A stretch of 64,000 nucleotides of DNA from a virus (lineage: Duplodnaviria; Caudoviricetes), in IMG/VR virus record IMGVR_UViG_3300025936_000016, positions 32,001 to 96,000 of that record; one strand, written 5' to 3'. Shown piece after piece: positions 15,505-25,600 of this stretch. The position numbers and the translations under genes were made by a program. Positions within the stretch are counted from its first letter, which is position 1; each line of letters opens with the position of its first letter. The notes under the pieces are model-generated. The model was not told where the DNA came from and searched no databases. It was given only the letters and a program-made list of their open reading frames with translations.

Positions 15505-15583
15505 TCCCAGGCAACAAGGCGGCGCAAGTGTCACTTTGTTTTCACCAAATTGAAAGAAGTAACTCGCACCTGCGGATCTGGGA
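15505..15583 (-). ncRNA. Y RNA copy 3 (short, no tRNA-like module)
   Basis: Ends TCCCAG/CTGGGA with the same GATCCG, GTTACTTC and TTGTTGCCTG motifs. Confidence 0.8.
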
Positions 15584-15594
15584 ACGAAGCTGAT

Positions 15595-15706
15595 GTCGCC
15601 AGGCAACATGAGCGGCTGTGAGGGTGTCCCACCGTGGGCTGGGCCCAACGGAGGGCTTCCGTGTGAGTTGTATGAAGTAACCCCACGAGCCTTCGGATCT
15701 GGCAAC
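15595..15706 (-). ncRNA. Y RNA copy 2
   Basis: Ends GTTGCCAG/CTGGCGAC with the same motifs. Confidence 0.8.
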
Positions 15707-15715
15707 CGAAGTTGA

Positions 15716-15859
15716 TGTCGTCAGGCTACAAAGGCGGCTGAAGTGTTTTTAGCGCTCTGCCAATTGAGCTACAAGGCCACAAGTGGCCTCGCTGGGACTC
15801 GAACCCAGAACCTCTCCTATATCAAAGGAAGTAACTCCTGCCAATCGGATCTGACGACA
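15716..15859 (-). ncRNA. yrlA: Y RNA copy 1, YrlA type with permuted tRNA-like domain
   Basis: Ends TGTCGTCAG/CTGACGACA; T arm CTGGG-TTCGAGT-CCCAG precedes D arm TAGCTCAATTGGCAGAGC. Confidence 0.88.
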
Positions 15860-15947
15860 GATGTCAATGTGTAGTTGTCAAGTGTGCAGACCTCGGGCGC
15901 AAGGTGTACGGACTTCGGTATTGCGCTGGCCTCAGGTCTTGCTGTAG

Positions 15948-15976
15948 ACCCTACGACCCCTACGTCCGGGTGTCAA
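15948..15976 (-). promoter_or_regulatory. sigma70/HrdB-type promoter of the Y RNA-TROVE unit
   Basis: TTGACA-N17-TAGGGT. Confidence 0.78.
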
Positions 15977-15986
15977 GGCCTATTTC

Positions 15987-17096
15987 CTACTCCCCGGCCA
16001 CCGTCGCACCCGTGGAGTCTAGGATGTTCCCAGACCACAGCGTCACATGATTACCGACGCAGCCGTTGGCGTAGCCGAAAGCTCCGGGTACGAACCTGTT
16101 GTCCAGGATGCGCACGTTGGTCACGGGCCCTTGGCGGGCACAGTAGACCGTGTACGCCCCGCCAGCGAGCAGGTTCCGGGAGATCAGGACGTTGCTGTTC
16201 TGGGGGTTTCCTTCGTCCCACTGGATGATGGCCGACGTGGTGTTGCCCCGGACATCGATGGTGTTGTGGGTGAAGTTGATGTTGGATGCACCCTGGTTGA
16301 ACTGGGCCCCGTCCGTGTGCGCATCTCCACCGTCGTATAGGTCATGGATCCATGTGTCTGTGACGATGGTGTTGCCCGGGACGTTGAGCCCGTTCTCGCA
16401 ACCATGGATGTCCGCCCGGCGCAAGGTGACTGAGCCACCGGAGCCGTTGCTGTAGCCGTTGCTACCAGGGGTGTCGTTGCACGTGATCTCCACGTCCTCG
16501 AACAAGGTGCCCGGGGCAAAGCTCCGAACCGCCCAGAAGCAAGGTGCGGCGATCCGCACGTTCCGGAAGGTGACGTTGGCGGCCTGAACCTCGACGCATC
16601 CCTGGATGTTCATGTTGCGGATCAGCTCGCCGGACGTTGCGTATGTGGTCCTAGTGGAGTTGACCAAAGTCACGCCAGGGATAGTCCCGGTGTTGTCCAC
16701 GTTCGGGAACCCACAGGCTGCCAGCCGGTGCAGGCAGTCCACGCCGCTGGGCGAAGGTGCCGGCGTTGTGGTGGCCGTGGGACTTGGCGTCGGCGGCGGG
16801 GTCGTGGGCGCCGGGGTCGTCGGCACAACGGTGGGACTTGGCGTTGCCGTTGGCGACGGGCTCGGGCTCGGGTCGGTTGGTGTCGTGAGTCCGGTCAACG
16901 TACACGTGAACGTGAACGTGCCGTTGGCCCCTGGGGTGGGGTTCGTGCAGCTGATACCGGGGGCTGGTGCGAGGACCAGCTGTTGGGTTGTGGGTGTTGC
17001 CCAGGCTCCAGGTCCGCTGAGGATCAGGAACGTGGCCATGACGCTGATCACGACGCGGCTGGCTATGCGCCAGCCGTTGATCTTGCTCTGAGTCAT
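15987..17096 (-). CDS. secreted protein: signal peptide, Pro/Thr linker, right-handed beta-helix domain
   Basis: Signal peptide; PSPTATP linker; Asn-rich repeats with WIHDL..DAHTDGAQ. Confidence 0.78.
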   Translation of the reverse strand: MTQSKINGWRIASRVVISVMATFLILSGPGAWATPTTQQLVLAPAPGISCTNPTPGANGTFTFTCTLTGLTTPTDPSPSPSPTATPSPTVVPTTPAPTTPPPTPSPTATTTPAPSPSGVDCLHRLAACGFPNVDNTGTIPGVTLVNSTRTTYATSGELIRNMNIQGCVEVQAANVTFRNVRIAAPCFWAVRSFAPGTLFEDVEITCNDTPGSNGYSNGSGGSVTLRRADIHGCENGLNVPGNTIVTDTWIHDLYDGGDAHTDGAQFNQGASNINFTHNTIDVRGNTTSAIIQWDEGNPQNSNVLISRNLLAGGAYTVYCARQGPVTNVRILDNRFVPGAFGYANGCVGNHVTLWSGNILDSTGATVAGE

Positions 17097-17289
17097 GCCT
17101 CTATGCAAGCACAGATCCAGTTCACCCGCACGTGGGGGCGAAGTCCAGGGGCGAACAAGATCTGGACAGGGCTTGATCATTGGCCCCTGGACTCACCTGG
17201 GAATTGATTCTACACCCTAAGGTACGGGTGGTTATTCCTGCGTCAACCACCTGATACGTAATTCATATTCTACCGCTTATGATCTGCCT

Positions 17290-17589
17290 ATGGTGTGGTT
17301 GTCTTTTATCCTTGTGGCGCTCGCCGTAGCCAGGGTCACACGGCTAATTACAGCCGACCGCATCACGCTATGGCTTAGGCGCTGGGTCATCACCAAGTAC
17401 GGCGAAGAATCCAGCGCCGCTTACCTTGTGCATTGTCGAGCATGTTCTTCCATCTGGATCGCTTTCCCCGCCGCTGTCGGCTGGGCCCTACTGGCTCTTC
17501 CCTGGCGCCTGTGGTGGCTCGCCGTCCCAGCCTGGCTTGCTTTTTCCTACACCACGATCCTTCTCGCGCGCCTCGAAGAGGAGGAGTAA
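17290..17589 (+). CDS. DUF1360-like membrane protein
   Basis: LAVARVTRLIT.D.I...R, YLVHC..CSSIW; TATGAT 6 nt upstream suggests a leaderless transcript. Confidence 0.72.
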   Translation: MVWLSFILVALAVARVTRLITADRITLWLRRWVITKYGEESSAAYLVHCRACSSIWIAFPAAVGWALLALPWRLWWLAVPAWLAFSYTTILLARLEEEE

Positions 17590-19512
17590 ATGGCCTTCGG
17601 TAGAAAGGCACTGGCGGCTGTTCCCGATGACGCCCCGGAGCCACGTTCTACCCGATCACTTGTTGCCTCGGCCCTGAGGTTCAGGTTCGACGACGCCTCC
17701 TATAACTCTTGGCGCTTTCGAGACGAGGCCTGGCAGCGGGAACTTTGGCGTCTCTACGACATCACCCCCGAGCTTCGGTTTGCCGCCAGCTGGGTGGGTA
17801 GCTGCTGCTCCCGGGTCCGTATCTATGTCGCCGATGTCGACGAACTGGGACGGGTCCAGGGCGAGACGAAGAACAAGCAGATCCAAGCCCTGAGTGACAC
17901 CTTGCTGGGTGGCCCTACGTCCAAGGCCGAGCACCTTCGGATGATGGGCGTGGACCTGACTGTTGCCGGCGAGTGCTACATCGTTGGGCAGCCGGACCCG
18001 AACCGGGCCACGGACAAGTGGTGGGTCCTGACGCCCACGGAGTTCAGGCGCGTCAAGGGATCTGGCGGGGAGTGGGACTGGGCCTGGGGACCCAAGGGCA
18101 ACCCCATGTACCTCGACCTGGACCGGAACGTGGTCACTCGGGTGTGGACTCCACACCCACTCCGGGTATGGTGCGCGGACTCTCCCGCCAAGTCCTGTCA
18201 GATTGTGCTCCGGGAGCTGGAGCAGCTCACCAAGTACGTGGCCTCGCAGATTGACTCTCGCCTTGTTGGCGCCGGCCTCCTGATCATTCCCAATGACCTG
18301 GATATGCCCCAGGAGGAGAACAGCACCAACAACGCCGAGTCCTTGATGATTCGGTTTGCCACAGCTGCCGCCCAAAGCCTCCGGGGTGAAGGAACCGCTC
18401 TCGGCGTCTTGCCCCATATTATTGAGGCCGCTAACGCTGACGGCTTCAAGCTCCTGACCTTCGACAGTGAGCTGTCCAAGCAGGCCATGGAGCTACGGAA
18501 AGAGGCCATTGAGCGCCTGGGTGTCGGCATGGACATGCCGCCCGAAGTCCTCAGCGGGCTTGGTGGCGAGAATCATTGGAACGGCTTCCTGATCGACGGG
18601 TACGGCATCAAGGTTCACATCGAACCGATAATGACCCGGATCTGTGAGGCGCTCACCGAGGCGTACCTGTACCCCGCCCTCAAGCTCATGGGCAAGGACA
18701 CTCAGCGCTACACCTATGCCTACGACACCAGCCCGTTGGAGCTTCGCCCCCAGCGACTGCAGGACGCTCTGAACCTGTACGAGAAAGGCATCATCGGGGC
18801 CGATGCCGTTCGGGAGATTGGCAACTTCAAAGACACCTGGGCCCCGACCGAGGAAGAAGCCGGCCGGACCCTACTAATTGAAGTTCTGCTCCGGGATCCA
18901 CAGCTGATTCAGAACCAGGCCATTCGCAAGGCCGTGGGACTGGGCGAAGACATCTTGCCCCAGTTGTCCATGATTGCCCCAACTGCCCAGAGTATTGGTA
19001 TGGGCCCCGGGGGTGGCGGTGGAAGTGGTCCCCCTCCGCCTATGCCGCCACCTACCGGTATCCAGACCACGCTGCCTCCCCCGATTCCGGACACCATGGA
19101 CAAGATCGGGGCCCCGCCCGGTCCACCACCTACCGGTATCCAGGCGTCTGCCGCCGGTCTCCAGGAGATGGGCATCGTCGTCCTCGCCGAGGCCACGGTG
19201 CGCCGGGGCCTGGAGCTGGCCGGCAAGCGGCTATTGAATCAGCACAACCGGCACCGGTGGCCAGATGTGCCCCACAACGAGCTGCACACCCGCATCAAGG
19301 TCCAGGACCAGGCTCATGCCAACCGCCTATTGGCCGGGGCCTGGGACCAGTTGGATGCGATGACGAAGCTGGTCGCCGACGACTTCGACACGACCAGGCT
19401 CCAGACGACCCTGTCCAAATACTGCTCCATTCTCCTGCTCCGGGGTATCGCCCACGACCCACCGAACCTGTTCTCCACCCTTCAGGTGGATGGGGTCATT
19501 CGTGGCCAGTAG
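17590..19512 (+). CDS. portal protein
   Basis: WQ.E.W..YD..PELRFA..W, VWTPHP...ADSP, SRLVGAGLL..P, LR.EAI.RL..G.D.PPE.L.G...NHW, as in actinophage portals; first large head gene. Confidence 0.85.
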   Translation: MAFGRKALAAVPDDAPEPRSTRSLVASALRFRFDDASYNSWRFRDEAWQRELWRLYDITPELRFAASWVGSCCSRVRIYVADVDELGRVQGETKNKQIQALSDTLLGGPTSKAEHLRMMGVDLTVAGECYIVGQPDPNRATDKWWVLTPTEFRRVKGSGGEWDWAWGPKGNPMYLDLDRNVVTRVWTPHPLRVWCADSPAKSCQIVLRELEQLTKYVASQIDSRLVGAGLLIIPNDLDMPQEENSTNNAESLMIRFATAAAQSLRGEGTALGVLPHIIEAANADGFKLLTFDSELSKQAMELRKEAIERLGVGMDMPPEVLSGLGGENHWNGFLIDGYGIKVHIEPIMTRICEALTEAYLYPALKLMGKDTQRYTYAYDTSPLELRPQRLQDALNLYEKGIIGADAVREIGNFKDTWAPTEEEAGRTLLIEVLLRDPQLIQNQAIRKAVGLGEDILPQLSMIAPTAQSIGMGPGGGGGSGPPPPMPPPTGIQTTLPPPIPDTMDKIGAPPGPPPTGIQASAAGLQEMGIVVLAEATVRRGLELAGKRLLNQHNRHRWPDVPHNELHTRIKVQDQAHANRLLAGAWDQLDAMTKLVADDFDTTRLQTTLSKYCSILLLRGIAHDPPNLFSTLQVDGVIRGQ

Positions 19513-20236
19513 GGAAGCGGAGGACTCGGTGTACCGCGCGGCCAAGGATGGACTGAAGCGGTGGCTGGGTCGTGCCCGGGATGCAGTCATGGCGCCATGG
19601 CGCCAGTACAAGGCCCAGCCCAATCCCCAGGCCATCGCCTCCACCGTTCCGGTGTGGCAGGAGCAGGTGGACCGGATCATCCGGGCATTGACCCCAGCCC
19701 TACAGGAGGGTTGGGGTGCGGCCCATTTGCCTGGCGACTACGACCCGAGCGACCCCTACATCCAGGCCAATCTCGCCTTGACCTACAACCTCCTCGTCCG
19801 GATCCCGGACGAGGTCCACGCCATGGTGGTGCGCCAGATTCTGGAGGGCACCAATGCCGGCGAGACCACGGACCAGATCGCCCACCGCGTGGACCAGGTC
19901 CTGGACTTCACCGGCTCCGAGAACTGGGACGGACGGGCCCGGGTCATCGCCATTACGGAGTCGACCCGGCACCGCAGCTCCAGTCTCCTGGCCCATGGCC
20001 TGTTGGCCCAGAAGAACGGTCGCCGGGACCTGATGAAGCTGTGGGACACCACGATGGACGGTCGCGAACGGCTGGGGCACAAGTTGGCCAACGACCAGAC
20101 CGTGCCCCTGGGTCAGCCCTTCATCGTTGAGGGCGAACCTTTGCTCTTTCCCGGGGATCCCACAGGCCACCCAGACAACGTGTGCGGCTGTCGATGCGAC
20201 CTTCGACTTGTCCATGGAGCAGAGGTGATGCGCTAA
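19502..20236 (+). CDS. MuF-like minor head protein
   Basis: RARVIA.TE, K.W.T..D.R.R..H...Q.V....PF.V.G..L.FPGDP......CRC. Confidence 0.88.
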   Translation: MASREAEDSVYRAAKDGLKRWLGRARDAVMAPWRQYKAQPNPQAIASTVPVWQEQVDRIIRALTPALQEGWGAAHLPGDYDPSDPYIQANLALTYNLLVRIPDEVHAMVVRQILEGTNAGETTDQIAHRVDQVLDFTGSENWDGRARVIAITESTRHRSSSLLAHGLLAQKNGRRDLMKLWDTTMDGRERLGHKLANDQTVPLGQPFIVEGEPLLFPGDPTGHPDNVCGCRCDLRLVHGAEVMR

Positions 20237-21318
20237 TGGCCATCCGATTCAAGGGCCTTATCGCCCCGACCGAGGTTCCCACTGGGGACGGCCGAATCTT
20301 CGCCGCCGGCAAGATGACCCACCGCCCCACGCCCATGCCCCTGATGGTGCGGTTCGGCTCTGGGGGACATGAGGGTGCCACGGTCGTAGGCAAGATCAAT
20401 CGCATCTACCAAGGCCCAGGGGGCTACTGGGCTGACGGCGAATTCCTTGACCCGTCCATGGTGCCCGAGGTGCCCAAGGCCATCTACATGCTCAATCAAA
20501 AGGTCATGGGGCCCTCGGTAGACCTGGACCGGGACTTCACTGTGGAGGCCATCAAGCACCCGGTCCGGCCTGACAAGAAGGCTGCCCTGTTCAAGGAGTA
20601 CAACGTCATCGGCACCACCCTGGTCCCGATGCCAGCCTTCCACCAGGTCCACATGGCTGTGGATAACAGTGAGGACAAGGCACTCCTGGCCTCGGTGATG
20701 CCGGACCTGGACATTGACGCCTGGGTCAGCTTCGACGTCAACGGGGACTCCTGGAAGCACTGGCCGGTGGCCCCTCGGGACTATCGCTACGACGCGGACG
20801 ATGCCGTCAAGCGCATCGCCTACTGGGCCGGCATCGGGTCCGAGAACCCGAGCCTGGATCGGTACGCCTCGGCGTTCCTATGGCGCAATGGCAACCAGAC
20901 TGGCGACAGCCTGGCACAGGACTCTTTCCGCCTGCCGCTATGCGACATCATCAACAACGAGCCGCACCTTATCTACCACGCGGCCTATGCGGCAGCGGCA
21001 CTTCTTTCCGGCGCCCACGGCGGCCTGCCGAACATTCCCCAGGAAGACAAGCAGGCCATGGTCCCGGTCATCAACGAGATCTACGCCTCCTTGGCCCAGA
21101 CGTTCCAGGATGCCAACCTGACATCTCCATTCCAGCAGAGCATCCGGCAGGGACAGCAGGCCTCTATCAACACTGATGAGGACTGTGGCTGTTCCGAGGA
21201 ATTTGCCCCATTGCCTCCGGCGGATGTTCGCCGGAGCATAGACGAAGAAAAGGACGCCTATGACGCCGAAGGTGATCATGTCTTCGACAATGGTGTCTGT
21301 ATGAAGTGCGGGTACTAG
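20236..21318 (+). CDS. capsid maturation protease-like protein (N-terminal part)
   Basis: TGDGR.F, GH.GA.VVG.I, PSVDLD, TLVP.PAF motifs; position in the head module. Confidence 0.65.
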   Translation: MAIRFKGLIAPTEVPTGDGRIFAAGKMTHRPTPMPLMVRFGSGGHEGATVVGKINRIYQGPGGYWADGEFLDPSMVPEVPKAIYMLNQKVMGPSVDLDRDFTVEAIKHPVRPDKKAALFKEYNVIGTTLVPMPAFHQVHMAVDNSEDKALLASVMPDLDIDAWVSFDVNGDSWKHWPVAPRDYRYDADDAVKRIAYWAGIGSENPSLDRYASAFLWRNGNQTGDSLAQDSFRLPLCDIINNEPHLIYHAAYAAAALLSGAHGGLPNIPQEDKQAMVPVINEIYASLAQTFQDANLTSPFQQSIRQGQQASINTDEDCGCSEEFAPLPPADVRRSIDEEKDAYDAEGDHVFDNGVCMKCGY

Positions 21319-21335
21319 GAAGAGGTTGAGAGCAA

Positions 21336-22595
21336 ATGCCTGACGTGAACATCTACGTGGGGGACGCGGCTCCCGTTACTTCCGGGACCGCCGCCACGAA
21401 CATGACGTACACCGGAACCTTCGCCGCCAAGGAGCCATACGGCAACGTCAAGTACGCCGACCCTGGCTACCAGGATGACGGCGTCAAGAGGTACCCCCTG
21501 GACTCAGAGGAGCACTGCCGGGCCGCCTGGTCCTACATCAACATGCCCAAGAATGCCGCCAAGTACAGCCCTGAGGAACTGAAGTCGATCAAGGGGCGTA
21601 TCCAAAAGGCATTGGAGAAGTACGGTGTCCAGACCGCCGATTCTGAATCAAGTCAAATGGCTAGTGGTGTCGAGGTACTGGAGACTGATCACGAAGGGGC
21701 CGCTCTCCTCGCGAGCGTTGCACCATTGTCGCCGCCGGCCGAATGGTTCCAGGACCCTAAGTTCAAGGCGCCCACGAAGCTGACCATCACCGACGACGGT
21801 CAGGTCTTCGGACACCTGGCCCAGTGGAAGGTGTGCCACGTCGGCATCGGCCGGGCCTGTGTCATGGCCCCTAAGACCCGGACCGGCTATGGCCTGTTCC
21901 GGGTGGGCACCGTCCTGGCCGATGACGGCAGCCAGGTGGGCATTGGCAAGATAACCCTTGGCACCGGTCACGCCGACGCCCAGTGGGGCATCGTGCCCAG
22001 CCGCGAGCACTACGACAACACCGGGTGGGCCGCAGCCGTCGTCAACATCGGCGAGGACCGGCACGGCATCTGGGTGTCCGGTGCCTTGACCACGACGATG
22101 ACCCCGGAGAGGGTCGCTGAGCTTCGGGCCTCGGCTCTGTCCGGCGACTGGCGTGAGGTCAACGGCAATCTGGAACTCATCGCGGCCTTGGCCGTGAACA
22201 ACCCCGGCTTCCCCATCTACCGGGAGCAAGGTGGACATGCCTTCAGCCTCATGGCCGTGGGTGTCATCGGACAGGAGGAGGAGAACGTGGGCACAGATGT
22301 CAGCACCGAGTTCTCGGGTGATTTCAATGGCGATGAGGCACCGAGCGTGGACGGAGAAGAGCCGGAGGTGGACCCAGAGCTGTCCGCCAGGGCCGCTCGC
22401 CTGGAGGCCATCGACGAGGACCTGGAGGCCTTTAACCAGGACCGTCGGGCTGCTCAGCTAGCCGCCATTGACGAGGAGAGAATGCAGCTGGCCGAGCGCA
22501 AGTCGCCGCCAGCCGGATCCGTCTCTCCTACTAACCTGGATGACGAGATCTTCATCCAGTACAACGCACGGTTCCGGGCCCTCGCTCAGGAGTAG
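21336..22595 (+). CDS. head protein: DUF6582-like motif plus protease-associated domain
   Basis: YADPGYQ.D...RYPLD.E.H.RAAWSYIN; GQVFGHLA.W..CH.G, HYDN, GED..GIW..G, SGDWR. Confidence 0.7.
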   Translation: MPDVNIYVGDAAPVTSGTAATNMTYTGTFAAKEPYGNVKYADPGYQDDGVKRYPLDSEEHCRAAWSYINMPKNAAKYSPEELKSIKGRIQKALEKYGVQTADSESSQMASGVEVLETDHEGAALLASVAPLSPPAEWFQDPKFKAPTKLTITDDGQVFGHLAQWKVCHVGIGRACVMAPKTRTGYGLFRVGTVLADDGSQVGIGKITLGTGHADAQWGIVPSREHYDNTGWAAAVVNIGEDRHGIWVSGALTTTMTPERVAELRASALSGDWREVNGNLELIAALAVNNPGFPIYREQGGHAFSLMAVGVIGQEEENVGTDVSTEFSGDFNGDEAPSVDGEEPEVDPELSARAARLEAIDEDLEAFNQDRRAAQLAAIDEERMQLAERKSPPAGSVSPTNLDDEIFIQYNARFRALAQE

Positions 22596-22603
22596 GTGGC
22601 TCT

Positions 22604-25600
22604 GTGGTCACGGTCGACGTTGACGGAATGTTGGACTTTTGGTCTGACGATATCGGGGCCGGCATTGCGCCTGTCACGATGCTCAGCTCTGCCTTCTCGA
22701 CCGAGTTCTCGGCCCTGGGCGATGCCGTCCGGGGCCAGTGGAAGCCGGATCTGCACCCTCGTGACTCCCACGGCCGGTTCCGGGATAAGTGGACCCTCTC
22801 TCCCAAGGCCCGACAGATTGTGGAGCGGATCCTCGCCGGGTTCGATCCAGTAGAGCTGAAGTCCGACAACCATGCCGCCAGCTACCTGAACCAACACAAG
22901 AAGCCACGCAGCAAGGGTCAGGAAGCAACCCTCGACTACTTCCTGACCCGCGAAGGCAACGAGGACATCCAGTCCTCGCTCCGGGCTGGTCTCGACACGA
23001 AGCGCCCCAGCACCCAGGGCACTCGTGTCCGGGACCTCGACGGCATGATGGCCCCACTCGACAATGACCTGATCCTGAGCCGGGTCGTGGGGCCAGACGC
23101 TTTTGGTCTTCCTCCGGAGCGTATTGGCGAGGTGGAGGAGTGGACCGGGAAGCTGATCGATGACCTGGGCTATGCGCCTACAAACATCGGCACCCCACAT
23201 CCCATCGAGGGCCCGCACATTGAGATGCGGATCCTTGCCCCCAGGGGCACCAAGGCGATTGTCAAGGGTGATGGCTCCCGGACCGTGGTGCTGGATCGGG
23301 AACAGCCGCTCCAGCTGGACAAGATCCAAAGCGATGGCCGTGGCGGCTTCTACATCCTCGCCACTGTCATGCCCCGGAGTGGTTCTGGTACTGCTCCCCG
23401 GGCCCTGGGCCGGGAACTGGCTCCTGGTGAGAAGTCTCCAGCCATTGAGGCCACGCCTGATGAGTTGGCCCGTCGTGGCCTGACCCCTGAGGGTAGTCCC
23501 CTGCCGCAGAGCCTGCCTCCGGCTGGGACGCCGGCACCGAATGAGCAGCCGGTTCAGCCCAACATCCCGCCGGCTCAGGGTCCACCAGCAGAGACCAAGC
23601 CTGTAGCTGAGGTCCCGCTTGGTGCCGGCAAGGTCGTTGGGCCGGACACAAAGGTCGCACCTCGGGAGAAGATCGCAGGGCCTGAGTCCAAGCAGGTCAT
23701 GCCCGAGGACCAGGCCCGTTTGGCCGATGAGCAGCGACGCATCGATAAGCGTCAAGCGGCATTGGACGCACGGGAAGCTCGTATGGCCCGCCTCCAGGAG
23801 CTTGACAACCAGCGCCTGCGCCAAGAGAACGAGCAACTACGTCAGCAGGTCGAGGGCACGCCGCCAGCGCCAGAGGCCCCGGCGCCCATCCGTGCCGACC
23901 GGGAAACTCAGACGAGCCTGACTCGGACCGAGGCTCAGAAGGACGCGGACGTTGTTCGCCGGTACCAGAAGCTGCGCGATGAGCCTGGGTTCCCGCGCAA
24001 CTCGGACGAGGAGCGGATCCAGCAGCGGGCCGAGCAGGTCATGGCCGGAAAGCCCACGCCCGAGCCGACGAAGCGTGCGCCCAGGAAGGCGGCGCCAGCT
24101 AAAGCAGCTCCGGTCAAGGCCGCTAAGGCTGCTCCTGCCGCCAAGAAGGCAGCCCCCGTCAAAAAGGCTGCGCCCGCTAAGGCAGCACCAGCTAAGGCTG
24201 TGCCTGAAGCAGCACCACGGCCAGCCTCTAGCGAGGTTGTCGACATTGCACTGAGGGGCGAGACCCCTGGATCCACGCCAGCTCGTGGGTACATTCAGAA
24301 CGCCAGAAGGATCAACCGGAACGGCGGCACTCCCAGCGAAGTAGCCGACGAGCTACGCCGTGGAGCCGAGGAGCTGCGTACCGGTGAACCCTTGTCCGAA
24401 GGCGACATGCCCGATCGTTTGGGGCATGACGAGCAAGATCTACGCGACATTACCCGGTCGGATGCATCCACATTGGAGCGGATGGCTGACCAGGTAGAGG
24501 CAGCTGCTGCCACGCCTGAACCGGCCAAGGCCGTTAAGGCTGCCCCCGTCAAAAAGGTTGCTGCACCCAGGGCAGCCAGGCCCACGTCCATCACCCAGCT
24601 ACGTCGCGAAGCCACCCAGCTCAAGGTTCCCGGTCGCAGCACCATGGACCGGGACCAGTTGGAAGCGGCTCTGGAGGCTCGACGGAAGCGAGAAGGCGAA
24701 AGCGACGAGGCCCATGCGGCCAGGCTCGCAGAACTCAACGCACCCAAGCGTCCAGTCAAGAAGGCTGCACCCGCCAAGGCGGCAGCGACTAAGGCCACGC
24801 CAGCCAAGAAGGTGGCACCCATTAAGGCGGCCTCGGCCGCTGAGCCTGGCAGCCTGGTCGATGAGCTGAATAACGACCCCAACGTGGACCTTGGTCGGGC
24901 GCCAGGGAACAAGCTCGACGACGCCGGGGAAACGATCCGCCGGTACGCCGGTGAGGGCTCGGACACACCAGAGTCGCTACGGGAGCGGGCCGATCTCCTG
25001 GAGCGTTCGGCTGATATCGACCGACGCCTTGCCGGAATCATCAACGACCCTGGAGAGGTTCAGGACGGGGCCAGTCGCAAGGATGCGGCAGCAGCAGCAT
25101 TTCGGCGTCGTGCCGATCGGCTAGAGGCTGGCGCCCCACCAGCCAAGAAGGTTGCCCCTGCCGCCAAGGCCACGCCTGAAAAGGCCATGACCAAGGAAGA
25201 GGCTGACGCTGAGGCCTACCGCCGACAGCGGGAGCGTGTGGCTGAGATCCGTCGCGAGACCCGGGCTCGGGACGAGGAGCGCAAGAAGAACCGGACCCCG
25301 GAACAGGTCCAACGCGACGAGGCAGAAACGGCCAGGATCCAGGAGCTGGCGAAGAGGACCGGCGCCAGGGTCGAACGCGAAAATGCTGAAGCCGATGCGG
25401 CAATCCGCGACATCACCACGCCCTGGAAGAACATGGCCAGGGTCGAGGACAAGGACCTCAGCGACTTTGACCGGGTCGGAATCGACCTAGTCGCGGATCA
25501 GCTTCGTCACAAGCGCATCTCCAAGGCCGAAGCAGCACGCCGCCTGTCCAGGCCAGATGAGCCTGACGATTCACCTATGAACCGGATCGCCAAGGCGATC

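Noticed and set aside
15295-15705. N-terminal extension of the TROVE ORF in the track
   Set aside because: It overlaps the Y RNAs and a terminator; the RBS and family start are at 15294.
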